Made by a program: the position numbers and the translations under genes | DNA from: Haloquadratum walsbyi C23 | GTDB taxonomy: Archaea > Halobacteriota > Halobacteria > Halobacteriales > Haloferacaceae | Direction: 5' to 3' | DNA length: 32,000 nucleotides | Assembly: GCF_000237865.1 (NCBI RefSeq) | Contig: NC_017459.1 | Span: 2,310,001-2,342,000 of the forward strand | Notes under the pieces: generated by a model | Databases searched by the model: none | The model's input: the letters and a program-made list of their open reading frames with translations, nothing else | What the model was told of the DNA's origin: nothing | In this document: in pieces, positions 1 to 10,723 of the stretch | Position numbering within the stretch: position 1 is the first letter of the stretch | Layout: the number at the start of each line of letters is the position of its first letter

Positions 1-446
1 AAAGCAATTGCACTTCCAAGCGCTGATAATCGAATTGCTTCATGCCCACAGCCATTGAGTACAAGCCGATGTCCAGGGAGAACACCGGGTGCAGTCGCCG
101 CCTCAGGGACACCAAGAACAAGCCCGGGGACAACAGAAAGAAATGTATGTACAATACCGCCTGCAAGAACAGCTGCACCGACAGCGACGGGTGAGCCTGG
201 AAGTGTTGGCGCAATCCCAACAAGTAAAAATGCAACGCTGTTAACATGGAATCCTGGAACAAGCCCTGTACAAGTGCCAAGTGTTGCACCAAGACATGCA
301 TATCCAAGAATCGCCGCTGCTGCGGTGATGTGAGACCCCTCAATTGCCAGTGGCAGAAATATTGGTAACGTCGCTGTCGAGGCTGAGGTTGAGGCTGATA
401 TTGATATTGATATTAATGATGATTCTACAGCGGGTATAACTGTCAC
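1..446 (-). CDS. Integral membrane protein, N-terminal part (gene runs off the left edge); resembles N-termini of TctA/DUF112-type permeases
   Basis: Absent from the ORF track because it has no stop inside the window. The reverse frame is open from GTG at 446-444 (an in-frame TGA lies just upstream) down to position 3. It reads MTVIPAVESSLISISISASTSASTATLPIFLPLAIEGSHITAAAAILGYACLGATLGTCTGLVPGFHVNSVAFLLVGIAP...LPGHRLVLNGCGHEAIRLSALGSAIA. It has hydrophobic helices plus 'GLVPGxHxN' and 'PGHRLV..EAxRLSALGS', as I recall them from haloarchaeal TctA-family proteins. The + ORF 55..333 is its antisense shadow. Confidence 0.5.
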   Translation of the reverse strand, partial: MTVIPAVESSLISISISASTSASTATLPIFLPLAIEGSHITAAAAILGYACLGATLGTCTGLVPGFHVNSVAFLLVGIAPTLPGSPVAVGAAVLAGGIVHTFLSVVPGLVLGVPEAATAPGVLPGHRLVLNGCGHEAIRLSALGSAIA

Positions 447-672
447 AGTAATGAGGATTGCTGACGGATTACTACATCAACCTATTCTATCCACTCATTA
501 GGATATGTCAGGATCTAACGGTCTGTGATATTATTAAAATAAGCGTGGGTGTAGATATCGACTGCACATCATCAAGCCCCGAGATACCTGTTGTATATAC
601 TGCACATGCCATCACGGCGATTGACAGCGGTTAGCTCGGTTTACAACCAGAAATGACTGTTACCAGGTTTTA

Positions 673-1017
673 TTAGCCGAAGAGGTTACCAAGCCCTTCG
701 CCAGAGGCTTCATCATCTTCATCATCTGCTTCATCGGCTTCTTCTTCCTCTGTCTCGTCTGGTTCTTCCTCGTCGGTATCAGCTTCATCCTCAACTTCAG
801 CTTCACTTGCAGCACCAGCACCTGCTGCAGGAGCGGGGGCTGCGGCAGCCGTGTCAATGGCTTCCTCAATGTCGACATCTTCAAGTGCGGCGACAAGCGC
901 TTTGACGCGGGAGTCCTCAACATCGACTCCAGCTGCTTCAAGCACTTCTGTGACGGCATCTTCGGTAATCGATTCGCCTGATTCATTCAGTGTAAGAGCT
1001 GCGTAAATGTATTCCAT
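673..1017 (-). CDS. rpl12: 50S ribosomal stalk protein L12 (P1)
   Basis: 114 aa, [54 protein letters not shown]. It has an Ala-rich hinge and an acidic tail ending GLGNLFG. It sits directly downstream of L10. Confidence 0.95.
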   Translation of the reverse strand: MEYIYAALTLNESGESITEDAVTEVLEAAGVDVEDSRVKALVAALEDVDIEEAIDTAAAAPAPAAGAGAASEAEVEDEADTDEEEPDETEEEEADEADDEDDEASGEGLGNLFG

Positions 1018-1128
1018 TTTCGTATTCCTCGTTTTGTGATATTCGTGATTTTATTTTATCTTCTGTGTGATGTCTGTGTGCCGGCACGACGTGTGATGAG
1101 ATAAGTGGCTGTTTGTCTATCTGTGGAT

Positions 1129-2214
1129 TCAGCCGAACATCGCACCAAGACCTTCAGCACCGTCATCGTCATCGTCATCATCGTCGTCAGTATCAGCCGC
1201 CTCATCATCACCATCTGCAGACTCATCACTATCAGCATCAGAGCCCGCATTCGTTTCTTGATCTACATCTTGATCAGTCGTTGATGATGCATCCGGCTGA
1301 ACAGGCGTTTCAATATCCTGTAGCTCCTCTGGGAGCGCATCCTCATCATCGATATTCGCTGCGATTGACTGCACTTGTGCGTCTGCCTTTGCAATGAGAT
1401 CCGGTAATACTGCTGGATCCTCAATACTAGCAGATACACCGAGTGCTTTTGCATCGCTTACGGCGTTTGCGAGCAATGTCGGTGTTGTTTGTGCGGTCGG
1501 ATAACTCGCATTGACCGAAAGATTGCGTGCTCCTGCAGCAGCCGATTGAATGTCGCTTTGATATGCGTCAATGTCTAATTCAAGCTCATCCGGCTCGAAA
1601 AGAACATCATCAGCAAAGACACCGCGAAGATCAAGACCGACCTCTTTTGGTTCGATTCCAAGTTCAGCAAGAACACCTGAAAGCTCACTGGAGACTTCTT
1701 CTCCGGAATCAAGCACCTGTGATTCCTCAGTGACCTTGATTGACCCATCCATAATCCGTGCAGATGCGCCAACTTGCTGAAGTTCCCCAACAAATGGTCC
1801 AGGGTCAACACCTGTATCGCCTTCAGGAATAACGATATCATTTGGTGCGACCTCACCAGCACTGATTGGTGCTGGTGTCTTTGATGCCTCAAGTTGCTTG
1901 TACAATCCAAATGGATTGTCATTCGTGCCGACAAGCGCAACTTGTCCAGCAACGAACGTAGTAAGTTCCTCACAGCCATCAGCAACCTCTTCGAGCGCAC
2001 GGGTAGTGAGTGTGTTTCGGCTCATCCGTATTGCGGCGCTTCCATAGAGGTCACGGCGCATACTCTGAAGTTGCCGACTTGGTATTCCAGCGACATTGAC
2101 AATCCCAATGGAATCATACTGGTCAATGAAAGAAACGAGTTCATCAACTTCCTCACGTTTCCACTCAGGAATTGTATCGGTTCTGCGCGCGGCTGCGGTA
2201 GCACTATTGCTCAT
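1129..2214 (-). CDS. rpl10: 50S ribosomal protein L10 (P0, uL10)
   Basis: 361 aa. The N-terminus [42 protein letters not shown] is typical of archaeal P0. The long acidic tail (a run of 9 Asp) ends GLGAMFG, matching the L12 tail. Its start overlaps the L1 stop as ATGA (2211-2214). Confidence 0.95.
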   Translation of the reverse strand: MSNSATAAARRTDTIPEWKREEVDELVSFIDQYDSIGIVNVAGIPSRQLQSMRRDLYGSAAIRMSRNTLTTRALEEVADGCEELTTFVAGQVALVGTNDNPFGLYKQLEASKTPAPISAGEVAPNDIVIPEGDTGVDPGPFVGELQQVGASARIMDGSIKVTEESQVLDSGEEVSSELSGVLAELGIEPKEVGLDLRGVFADDVLFEPDELELDIDAYQSDIQSAAAGARNLSVNASYPTAQTTPTLLANAVSDAKALGVSASIEDPAVLPDLIAKADAQVQSIAANIDDEDALPEELQDIETPVQPDASSTTDQDVDQETNAGSDADSDESADGDDEAADTDDDDDDDDDGAEGLGAMFG

Positions 2215-2849
2215 GCAGGCACCTCGACAGCCGGTCCCATTGTCGTTTTAATATACATTGAGTCGATATTTAATGGACCTTTTTCAAGAGTCGCCTCAAG
2301 TCGACGGATAATAACATCGACATTGTCAGCGATCTCCTCAGAGTCCATGTCCTGAGCACCGACACGGGTGTGGAATGTTCGACGCTCGCGTGAGCGAATC
2401 TGGACGGTATTTTGCATTCGGTTAACCGTCTCAACAACATCATCATCGGGCTGCAAAGGGGTTGGCATCTTTCCACGTGGACCAAGAATGGTCCCAAGGA
2501 ATCGACCGATATCTTGCATCATGCCTGCCTCAGCAACAAAGAAATCAATCTCGTCTGCGAGGTCCTTTGCAGCGTCGTCATCATCACCTAACTCTTCGAG
2601 TTCGTCTCCGCTGAGTACCTGATCAGCGACATCCTCAGCTCGAAGGGCGGTTTCGCCACTTGCAAAGACAACAATTTGTGTTTCCTGACCGGTTCCAGCG
2701 GGCAGGACCACAGACTCATCAACACGGTTCGACGGATCGTTTAAGTCAAGATCGCGAAGATTGACAGCGAGGTCAACCGTTTCACGGAAGTTCCGTGTCG
2801 GTGCCTCATCAATCGCGCGAGAGACTGCATCAGTTATCGTATCTGCCAT
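2211..2849 (-). CDS. rpl1: 50S ribosomal protein L1 (uL1)
   Basis: 212 aa, [37 protein letters not shown]...[11 protein letters not shown]. It is first in the L1-L10-L12 order. GGAGGTGA lies 3 nt upstream of the ATG (minus strand, 2853-2860). Confidence 0.95.
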   Translation of the reverse strand: MADTITDAVSRAIDEAPTRNFRETVDLAVNLRDLDLNDPSNRVDESVVLPAGTGQETQIVVFASGETALRAEDVADQVLSGDELEELGDDDDAAKDLADEIDFFVAEAGMMQDIGRFLGTILGPRGKMPTPLQPDDDVVETVNRMQNTVQIRSRERRTFHTRVGAQDMDSEEIADNVDVIIRRLEATLEKGPLNIDSMYIKTTMGPAVEVPA

Positions 2850-2945
2850 TATTCACCTCCGTAGTACGCAGGATTGCTGCTACGGGTCAGTGAAACAGGC
2901 ATCTGCCTGTCTCATTAAGATGAAGGAACATCTGCTTTTTAAGTC
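2850..2945 (-). promoter_or_regulatory. Putative promoter and structured 5' leader of the L1-L10-L12 operon
   Basis: Read on the minus strand. There is a TATA-like cTTAAAAAg (~2935-2943). Hairpin ACAGGC-agat-GCCTGT lies at 2895-2910. Hairpin CCGTAG...CTACGG (2859-2864 / 2880-2885) overlaps the GGAGGTGA Shine-Dalgarno (2853-2860). Confidence 0.35.
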
Positions 2946-3143
2946 CGTCGAAGCGCGCACGAGATATGACGTATCGAGCCTAGAGACGCTTGATTATGAT
3001 ATTTCTGGGATATTATCCGACGTCCATACGGGGTTGGTATACATACGCTCCTTGAGCTAAGAACGGTGACACCCCGCTACAAGATTAAAATTGAGGCAAT
3101 TAACTCGATTCCGAGTCCGAGTACCTTTTAGTATGAGTGGATT

Positions 3144-3437
3144 ATGATAATAATCATGCACCCGTCCGATGCAACACGGCAACTTCGGTATGCGGTTACC
3201 ACACAGACGGATCAATACGATTATGCGATTAGTCATTGGGAGGCAAACGCGTATGAAGACGTCTTTGCTGATGTGATTGATAGCGGCGACCTCTCAGATG
3301 TAATGTCTGTCGTTAAGCGACTCAGTGCTGAATTTGATAATGGTACTCGACCCTCTGTGGCAGAAGCACGTGAACTCGCAGACGGTGTTCTCACAGCAGG
3401 TGGACGACCACTAACCGATGGTGGCGACACAAACTGA
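3144..3437 (+). CDS. Small acidic hypothetical protein
   Basis: 97-aa ORF with halophile-like acidic composition (..YEDVFADVIDSGDLSDVMSVVKRLSAEFDNGTRPSVAEARELADGVL..). No competing ORF apart from its own antisense shadow. The start could be the internal Met at 3156. No family recognised. Confidence 0.45.
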   Translation: MIIIMHPSDATRQLRYAVTTQTDQYDYAISHWEANAYEDVFADVIDSGDLSDVMSVVKRLSAEFDNGTRPSVAEARELADGVLTAGGRPLTDGGDTN

Positions 3438-3739
3438 AAACGATCACTCAGCGCACATACGTATTATCCCATACATGACGGGTAATCCGACATTCTCGGG
3501 TAGCGGATAGTAGCAGACTATACCAGTTTGCTAGCAATCACAAAGTGCCGGAGGATATTCGTGGTATCTATCTATGGATATTTCTGATGAGGTTTCTACG
3601 AGGGGGTTTATATTGTTCTCTCTAGCGTCCATTGATACTATGATATATACTTATTCAACGGAGAATCAGCAGTGGTATCCTTGTTTTGGAATGTCCCCGA
3701 TATTACTTGGATGTGGATCTTGGTATCGTAACTGGCTCC

Positions 3740-4711
3740 TCATTTGTCCGTGGATCTGAGATGTTCGCAGTCACCTGCATGAATGGTTTTTATTCCATTA
3801 TTGGTCTGTACAATAAGCGCACCAGGAGTCTGGATATCAACAGCAATTCCTTCAATAGTCTCTCTGGGGGTTGTGATGCGTACTCGCTGATTAAGCGTTG
3901 TGCTGTGTGTTCGCCATGCATGTATGATATTGTCTAAATCAATTGGATTTGTGAGTTCGGCAAATGAGTTGAGTAATCGTTGGAGAAGTGCCCGCCGGTC
4001 AACCGCCCCAATGACTGATTGAAGACTTGTCGCTTCAGGAGGGAGCGCTGTCGAATCGACATTAGCGTTTAAGCCAATGCCGACGATAAGCCATGAGACT
4101 TGATCTGCTTCGCCTGCGGTTTCCGTCAGAATCCCGGCGATTTTTCGGCCATCAGACGGATCTATGCCTGGAGTATCACGGGAGAGAAGTACATCATTTG
4201 GCCATTTGATGTTCACATCGATTCCACACTGTTGGACTGCACGGACAACAGCAACGGCAGCGGCAAATGTATAGACCGGGAGTTCCGCTGGTGAGCAGTG
4301 AGGGTGAAGAAGAAGACTCACCCAGATACCACCGCTCGGAGATGACCATTGTCGATCAAGACGACCGCGACCACCCGTTTGGGCATCAGCAACAACAGCA
4401 ACGTCATCGGTGGTACCCATTTTGGCGAGTTCTCGAGCGCGGTCATTTGTACTCTCATATTGGTCAGCATACTCAATCCGATATGATGCCTCAAGTCCAA
4501 ATGTGATTGCTGGTCCATTATATCCTGTTACACTGGCTACATAATAGCCATCAGGACCGCTGTCAATCTCAAAGCCAGCATCACGAAGCGCCTCAATATG
4601 CTTCCAGATAGCTGCCCGCGATATATTGAGACGAGTTGCGAGTGTTGGTCCACTCATAGGAGCGGAGCTATCATGTAGCATCTCAATAAGGCGAGATCGT
4701 GTTTTATTCAT
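3740..4711 (-). CDS. birA: Bifunctional biotin--[acetyl-CoA-carboxylase] ligase / HTH regulator (BirA type)
   Basis: 323 aa. N-terminal winged HTH GPTLATRLNISRAAIWKHIEALRDAGFEI. Ligase motifs GGRGRLDRQWSSPSGGIWVSLLL and KWPNDVLL. Confidence 0.9.
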   Translation of the reverse strand: MNKTRSRLIEMLHDSSAPMSGPTLATRLNISRAAIWKHIEALRDAGFEIDSGPDGYYVASVTGYNGPAITFGLEASYRIEYADQYESTNDRARELAKMGTTDDVAVVADAQTGGRGRLDRQWSSPSGGIWVSLLLHPHCSPAELPVYTFAAAVAVVRAVQQCGIDVNIKWPNDVLLSRDTPGIDPSDGRKIAGILTETAGEADQVSWLIVGIGLNANVDSTALPPEATSLQSVIGAVDRRALLQRLLNSFAELTNPIDLDNIIHAWRTHSTTLNQRVRITTPRETIEGIAVDIQTPGALIVQTNNGIKTIHAGDCEHLRSTDK

Positions 4712-4893
4712 TGATTGATATGTTTCGAGACTCGGTGTTTATTTTAGTTCAATTACTTATCACACTAGTGAGCGAAACGATAGCCGTAATAGATGCCATT
4801 ATTACATCCAGAGTAAAATTAACTCCGTTACCGTTGTTGTCAGTATCTCTCAGTATTTGAAGTGTGGATTGGGTGGAGAGATTCATATACAAT

Positions 4894-6738
4894 TCACTCA
4901 AGTATAACAATTGGATCCCCGGTATCGACACTGTCGCCCGCTGAGACACACACTTGTGAGACAGTTCCACCACGCTCACAGGTAATATCATTTTCCATCT
5001 TCATTGCTTCGAGCACACAAACGACATCACCAGCCTCGATTGTGTCATCTTCAGTGACTTCAACTGAGAGAATTGTCCCCTGCATATCTGCACTCACTTC
5101 CTCACCATCACCGGCGGCGACGGTAGAGGCATCATTTTCGGTATCGGTCAACGCCTCGTCTGGGCGAGAGCGTGTTGAGCGGGAGTTCGAATCGCTACTT
5201 GCAGCTTCAAACGCGTCACTCTCCAGATCCGGCAGTGGAACTTCCGGGGCTGTCTCCTCAGTGAGCGTCACGTCAAATCGTTTATTATTCACCTCAACAG
5301 TAAATGCACGTTCAATCGTATCATTCGATCCTACATCATCACTCGATAGCTCATCTGACGTCGAACCACCTCGTTGTTCGACAGCACGCTTGATGCGTTC
5401 AGGATCAAGTTCGTGATCAAGATATTTTGTTGTATGCTCTCCGTTGCAGAACCGCTCATCGGTAAGCATGAATTGATGAAACGGAATGATTGTTTCAATG
5501 CCGTCAATGTCGAACTCGGCGAGTGCACGCTCAGAGCGGGCAAGACACTCTGCCCGGTTATTAGCGCTAACAATAACTTTTGCAATCATCGAATCATAAT
5601 CACCACCGATACTATCACCTTGTCGAACGGCATCATCAACTCGGACACCAATTCCACCTGGTGGGTCATATGTTGTGAGCGTGCCTGTGGTTGGTGTGAA
5701 ATCTGCGTCAGGTCTCTCAGCGTTAATTCGATACTCGATAGCGTGACCGTCAGTTATCACATCGGATTGCTCAAAAGAAAGCGGTTCACCCGCGGCAACG
5801 CGCAGTTGCCATTTCACGATATCGATACCTGTGATTGCTTCAGTAACGGTGTGTTCAACCTGAATACGCGTGTTGACCTCCATAAAATAAAACTCCCCAT
5901 CCTCAACGAGGAACTCAACTGTTCCAGCGTTGGTGTACGCCGCCGCTTGAACGCCGCGACGAGCTGCTTCGCCGATTTCATCGCGTAAATCCGGTGACAA
6001 TGCAGGTGAAGGTGCTTCCTCAATGACCTTCTGATGACGCCGCTGCAGCGAACAATCACGTTCGCCAAGATGTCGAACATTGCCGTGATGATCAGCAATG
6101 ATTTGCACTTCGATATGTCGAGGTTCATCTAAGTACTTCTCAACATACACAGAGTCATTATCAAAATACGCCTCACCTTCTCGTTGGGCTGTCTCTAGCT
6201 GTGATTCGACATCATCAGTCTCACGAACAACTTGCAGTCCACGCCCCCCGCCACCACCCTCTGCTTTGATTGCGACTGGATACCCATATTCCGCCGCAAT
6301 TGATTCCACCTCAGAGGCTGATTTAACTGGATCCGTGGTTCCTGGGACAACAGGCACATCCGCAGATTGCATGAGTGATCGGGCTTTCGTCTTCTCACCG
6401 AGTTGTGCCATTGCATCCGAACTTGGACCAATCCACGTCATATCAGTTGACTCAACAGCCGCAGCGAACGTTGCATTCTCCGCTAAAAACCCATATCCTG
6501 GATGAATTGCGTCTGCGCCCGCCTGATTACCGGCGGCAATAACCGCATCATGATTTAAATATGAGTCAGCTGCCCGTGCTGGACCAATGTTGTATGCTTC
6601 ATCTGCATATTGAACATGTCCGGCGTTTCGGTCAGCCTCGCTGTAGACAGCGACTGTCTGAACACCTAATTCATCACAGGCACGCATCACCCGTACGGCA
6701 ATCTCTCCCCGATTAGCAACGAGAACCTTATTGAACAT
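4894..6738 (-). CDS. accC: Acyl-CoA (acetyl/propionyl-CoA) carboxylase: biotin carboxylase fused to the biotin carboxyl carrier domain
   Basis: 614 aa. The biotin carboxylase N-terminus is [21 protein letters not shown], with ATP-grasp GGGGRGL and [14 protein letters not shown]. An acidic linker follows, then a C-terminal biotinyl domain with EAMKMEN. Confidence 0.92.
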   Translation of the reverse strand: MFNKVLVANRGEIAVRVMRACDELGVQTVAVYSEADRNAGHVQYADEAYNIGPARAADSYLNHDAVIAAGNQAGADAIHPGYGFLAENATFAAAVESTDMTWIGPSSDAMAQLGEKTKARSLMQSADVPVVPGTTDPVKSASEVESIAAEYGYPVAIKAEGGGGGRGLQVVRETDDVESQLETAQREGEAYFDNDSVYVEKYLDEPRHIEVQIIADHHGNVRHLGERDCSLQRRHQKVIEEAPSPALSPDLRDEIGEAARRGVQAAAYTNAGTVEFLVEDGEFYFMEVNTRIQVEHTVTEAITGIDIVKWQLRVAAGEPLSFEQSDVITDGHAIEYRINAERPDADFTPTTGTLTTYDPPGGIGVRVDDAVRQGDSIGGDYDSMIAKVIVSANNRAECLARSERALAEFDIDGIETIIPFHQFMLTDERFCNGEHTTKYLDHELDPERIKRAVEQRGGSTSDELSSDDVGSNDTIERAFTVEVNNKRFDVTLTEETAPEVPLPDLESDAFEAASSDSNSRSTRSRPDEALTDTENDASTVAAGDGEEVSADMQGTILSVEVTEDDTIEAGDVVCVLEAMKMENDITCERGGTVSQVCVSAGDSVDTGDPIVILE

Positions 6739-7020
6739 ATACGCCAGATTATCCGCAGTGGTTACCTTTATGTATCGATTTTATATTAGCAAAAGAGATT
6801 AATTAGTGATTCCAGATTGCTTGTTTTTTATTTTCTTTGAGACGATTCGTAATATCAGTATTATATTATTGCATTCACCAGTGTTCACGTGTATATCCGT
6901 CATCAATCATCTCAGTTGTTACATCAATGAAAACCCGTCATAGACCGCTAGAATGTATTCAGCCAACTCAGTGCAGAGAAATCCAAACCGCCTTATGTAA
7001 GTGACACCCAGACTCTCAGT

Positions 7021-8055
7021 ATGACAGTTCGCGTTGGAATCCTTGGTGCAACAGGTGCAGTCGGACAGCGGTTCATCAAATTACTTACCAACCACGATAC
7101 ATTCGAGCTTGCAGCACTCACTGCCTCAGAGTCGAGTGTTGGAAAACAATACTCTAATGCGGCAAAATGGCGAATCAATACACCGATCCCCGAGAATATC
7201 GGGTCAATGACAGTCAAATCGACAACACCAGGTGCCATTTCTGACGATATTGATCTCCTGTTTTCATCACTACCATCTGACGTTGCTGCTGATGTTGAAC
7301 CAGCGTTTCTTGAGGCGGGATATGTTGTTTCGTCGAATTCCTCAAATGACCGGATGTCAGCGGATATTCCATTGACAATTCCAGAAATCAACCCTGGACA
7401 TCTGGATCTCATTGAGGTACAACGTGATAATCGAGGATGGGATGGGGCTCTTGTGAAGAACCCAAACTGTTCGACGATTACGATGGTACCAACACTTGCT
7501 GCGCTTGATCAATTTGGACTCGAATCAGTGAGTGTTTCAACACTTCAAGCGGTATCGGGAGCAGGATACTCTGGGGTGACATCAATGGAGATTATCGATA
7601 ACACAATCCCATACATCGGTGGTGAGGAACCGAAGATGCAACAAGAATCTCGGAAATTGCTTGGTGAGTTTGACGGCGCCTCAGTTTCGCTACATGAGAT
7701 GGATGTCGCGGCGTCCTGTAATCGGATTCCAACGCTTGATGGACATCTCGAGAATGTTTTCGCGGAGACAACAGCAGATGTGAGTGCTGAGGAAGCCATC
7801 GATGCGATGGAGTCAGTTCCTGGCGCAGATCTCCCGTCCTCGCCTGATCAGTTAATCCATGTATTTGATGACCCAAGTCGACCGCAGCCACGACTTGATC
7901 GTGAGCGGGGTAATGGTATGCAGATATCTGCTGGAGGGGTGACGGTGACGGATGCTGGATTGAAATACAATTGTCTTGCACACAATACTATCCGCGGAGC
8001 CGCGGGTGCGTCACTGCTTAATGGTGAATTATTGGTCGACGCCGGATGGGTGTAA
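7021..8055 (+). CDS. asd: Aspartate-semialdehyde dehydrogenase
   Basis: 344 aa. Contains VGILGATGAVGQRF (NAD fold), NPNCSTI (active-site Cys) and RIPTLDGHLE. Confidence 0.92.
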   Translation: MTVRVGILGATGAVGQRFIKLLTNHDTFELAALTASESSVGKQYSNAAKWRINTPIPENIGSMTVKSTTPGAISDDIDLLFSSLPSDVAADVEPAFLEAGYVVSSNSSNDRMSADIPLTIPEINPGHLDLIEVQRDNRGWDGALVKNPNCSTITMVPTLAALDQFGLESVSVSTLQAVSGAGYSGVTSMEIIDNTIPYIGGEEPKMQQESRKLLGEFDGASVSLHEMDVAASCNRIPTLDGHLENVFAETTADVSAEEAIDAMESVPGADLPSSPDQLIHVFDDPSRPQPRLDRERGNGMQISAGGVTVTDAGLKYNCLAHNTIRGAAGASLLNGELLVDAGWV

Positions 8056-8207
8056 AATAGCGTATTAATCGGGGAATTTCACCGGATGTGATATGAACTC
8101 CAAAGAGTGGTTATTCATCATCGGTTGAATAGACCCTTTCTGAGTGCTCACATCAAAAATAAGCATATCTGAAGATATTTTCTATTTCTACTCAATAAGC
8201 GACGAGT

Positions 8208-10571
8208 GTGGGTTCTATTCACTGGCTCAGGGAAAGATATAGAACTAGTGCGGCTAAAATATCTAAAATATCATATGACGCGGTTCTTCTCAGGGGTGTA
8301 TTCGACAAAGAGCGTCTTCTGGATCTCATAGAGAACTTCATCGTCTTCAGCGAGAAAGATGGCCAGCCGGTGAAGATGCTGGCAGGGTATCATCAGTTCT
8401 ATGGAGTCCGTGAAGCGGTCGAAAGCGCGAAGGAAACCCAAGGAGACGACTTGGGCCGTATCGGTGTCTACTGGCATACACAGGGCTCTGGAAAATCGCT
8501 CTCGATGGTCTATTTCGTTCGGAAGATACGTCGGAGCAGCGACTTCGGCAACCCGACGTTCGTGGTTGTTACAGACCGGAACGAGCTGGATGAGCAGATC
8601 ACACACACATTCAGCGATGCGGGATACAACGTGAGTTGGGCTGATACTATCCCCGACCTGCGCGACAAACTGGATCGCCAGGCTGGCGGTCTGATTTTCA
8701 CCACCATACAGAAATTCCAGACTCAAGACGACGAACGCCAGCATCCGGTCGTCAACGAGCGTGAGGACGTGATTGTGATGGCAGACGAGGCCCATCGGTC
8801 ACAGACGAAAGAATTGAGGGAGAACCTCCGGGATGCACTCCCTAATGCCTCCTTCATCGGCTTCACTGCCACTCCGATTCACGATGGGGACAATGCAACC
8901 CGGATGACGTTCGGTGAGTACGTCAGCCAGTACACTATCGATCGCTCTGAAGAAGACGGTTCTACCGTCCCGATTTACTACGAATCCAGGTTTGCGAAAC
9001 TCCAGCTCAATAAGGAGGCGATCAGCGAATCAGTACGAGAGTTGCTCGATTCGGGTGACGAGGAACTTGAGAATCAGCTCGTTGAGAAGTGGACTACCCT
9101 TCGTCGGATCATCGAGACTGCTGATGATCGTCTCGAAAAAATCGCCGGCGACATAGTTGAACACTACAACGACCGTGAAATCGAGGGGAAGGCAATGGTT
9201 GTGTCCATTAGCCGGAAGGCTGCGGTGAAATACAAGCGCTACATCGAACAGCAGCCTGACTCTCCCGAAGTGGGGGTGGTCATCTCGGAGCCCGAAGAAT
9301 ACATCGACGATCCGCCGAACGAGGGGAAACTCAAACGTCGGTTCAAAGATCCGGACGATCCGCTCAAAATCATCGTTGTCTGCGATAAGTGGACGACTGG
9401 CTTCGACTGCCCACCGCTGCATACTCTCTACATCGACCGGCCGATGAAGAATCACAACCTGCTTCAGACGATAGGGAGAGTGAACCGAGTCTACAAGGAC
9501 AAGCCAGGGGGGCTCGTGGTTGACTACATCGGGATTGCTGAGGACTTACGCAAAGCACTGGACAAGTACACGTCCGACATTCAGGAGATGGCGATGGTCG
9601 ATGTCGAAACTGCTGTGGAAGTGATGCAACAGAAGCATCACAAGGTCTCTCGATACCTCTCACGGGTTGATTACGAGGGCTGGCAGGAACTCAGCGAACT
9701 CGAACTGTCTCGCCTCATCCATCGTGCTGAGAGTGAGGTTATTGCTACCGAAGAGAAGCAAGAGGAATTCATGCAGGCTGTCGCGGAACTCAAGCGGGCC
9801 TTTGCGTTGGCAACGCCCCATAACGCAGCTAGCGAGATCCGGTCTGACGTACTATTCTTCGAGGCAGTACGAGACAGTATCCGATCCATAGGGGGTGGGG
9901 GCTCTACTGGAGATGATGAATTAGACTCAGCGATGAAGAAGTTGATCGCAGAGGGAGTGACTGCTGATGATGTGGTGTCCATCGCGGGCTTCGATAAGTG
10001 GAAGTCAGAGGAACCGATTGTTAGTGATGAGTTCCTCTCCGACGTTGAGCGTGTGGAGGAACCCGAGCTACAGGTGAAGATGCTTGAGAAGTTGCTCCGG
10101 AACGAGATCTCAACTCGGAAGCAGCAGAATCTGGCGAAGTACGAGTCCTTCGAGGAGGAACTGGAGGAGACACTCAACGAATACAACAACCAGTTCTTGA
10201 CGACAGAGGAAGTGATCGAAGAGCTTCGGAATTACGCGGACGAGCTTCAACAGGAGGACCGTCGGAAAGAACGGTTAGGACTCTCAGCAGAGGAGTTAGC
10301 GTTCTATGATGCGATAGCGACAAATACTGAGACAAAAATTGAAGATGAACAACTTCAGGAGATCGCCCAAGAGGTGTGTGAACTCCTGAAAGAGAATGTA
10401 AATATCGACTGGACGAACCGCAAAGCAATGCGATCGAAGCTGAAGACGCGAGTAAAAGGGCTGCTCCGGAAAAACGGACTCTCTCATAGTGAATACAATC
10501 CTCTCGTAGAACCGATTGTCCACCAAGCTGAGGCGCTTTACGGGGATATATCGACAGTATCACATTCGTAG
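8208..10571 (+). CDS. hsdR: Type I restriction enzyme R subunit (HsdR), N-terminally truncated, with no hsdM/hsdS partner in the window
   Basis: 787 aa. Contains LLDLIENFIVFSEKDG..KMLAGYHQFYGV, Walker A WHTQGSGKS already at residues ~90-97, VVVTDRNELDEQ, DEAH-type MADEAHRSQ, FIGFTATP and QTIGRVNR. The helical C-terminal domain ends ..AFYDAI... The first codon is GTG, immediately after an in-frame TAA (8196-8198). Confidence 0.85.
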   Translation: MGSIHWLRERYRTSAAKISKISYDAVLLRGVFDKERLLDLIENFIVFSEKDGQPVKMLAGYHQFYGVREAVESAKETQGDDLGRIGVYWHTQGSGKSLSMVYFVRKIRRSSDFGNPTFVVVTDRNELDEQITHTFSDAGYNVSWADTIPDLRDKLDRQAGGLIFTTIQKFQTQDDERQHPVVNEREDVIVMADEAHRSQTKELRENLRDALPNASFIGFTATPIHDGDNATRMTFGEYVSQYTIDRSEEDGSTVPIYYESRFAKLQLNKEAISESVRELLDSGDEELENQLVEKWTTLRRIIETADDRLEKIAGDIVEHYNDREIEGKAMVVSISRKAAVKYKRYIEQQPDSPEVGVVISEPEEYIDDPPNEGKLKRRFKDPDDPLKIIVVCDKWTTGFDCPPLHTLYIDRPMKNHNLLQTIGRVNRVYKDKPGGLVVDYIGIAEDLRKALDKYTSDIQEMAMVDVETAVEVMQQKHHKVSRYLSRVDYEGWQELSELELSRLIHRAESEVIATEEKQEEFMQAVAELKRAFALATPHNAASEIRSDVLFFEAVRDSIRSIGGGGSTGDDELDSAMKKLIAEGVTADDVVSIAGFDKWKSEEPIVSDEFLSDVERVEEPELQVKMLEKLLRNEISTRKQQNLAKYESFEEELEETLNEYNNQFLTTEEVIEELRNYADELQQEDRRKERLGLSAEELAFYDAIATNTETKIEDEQLQEIAQEVCELLKENVNIDWTNRKAMRSKLKTRVKGLLRKNGLSHSEYNPLVEPIVHQAEALYGDISTVSHS

Positions 10572-10723
10572 ACAGGTCTCTGAACCCTCAATTGAAGACG
10601 CCCCGACCATCGCACTCCGGTCTGCTAACATCTACACCATACGAGTTCTAGAGTGGAGTTACAGCATAGATCGATTTGAATACAGATGAACTCCTATATG
10701 TGTGACCTTTGAAACGGTAGAGC

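Noticed and set aside
55-333. 92-aa + strand ORF at the left edge
   Set aside because: It is Pro/Thr/Ala/Arg-rich and non-acidic. It lies exactly antisense to a much more convincing membrane-protein frame (1..446, minus), so it is treated as a shadow ORF.
378-420. Short tandem repeats: gaggct/gaggtt and gatatt units here, gacgcg units at 26338-26372, and tccgag/tccaaa units at 31966-32000
   Set aside because: All lie inside coding frames and encode low-complexity Ser/Ile/Ala, Asp/Ala or Lys/Ser/Glu runs. They are not CRISPR arrays or non-coding satellite repeats. No repeat-spacer architecture exists anywhere in the window.
1113-1397. His-rich 94-aa + ORF
   Set aside because: It is the antisense reading of the GAT/GAC-rich acidic tail of rpl10, a compositional artefact.
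4862-6505. Long + strand ORFs (4862..5416, 5374..5988, 6098..6505) and similar antisense ORFs elsewhere (e.g. 8271..8795, 9671..10189, 27452..27928, 28669..29034)
   Set aside because: All are antisense or out of frame within genes that carry unmistakable family motifs. Their products are Ser/Arg/Cys-rich and non-acidic, unlike the rest of the proteome.
8071-8100. Possible left-hand copy (ggggaatttcaccggatgtgatatgaactc) of the gtggtaattc..acggtgatg junction motif
   Set aside because: The similarity needs several gaps and is too weak to call by eye. It is not counted among the motif copies.
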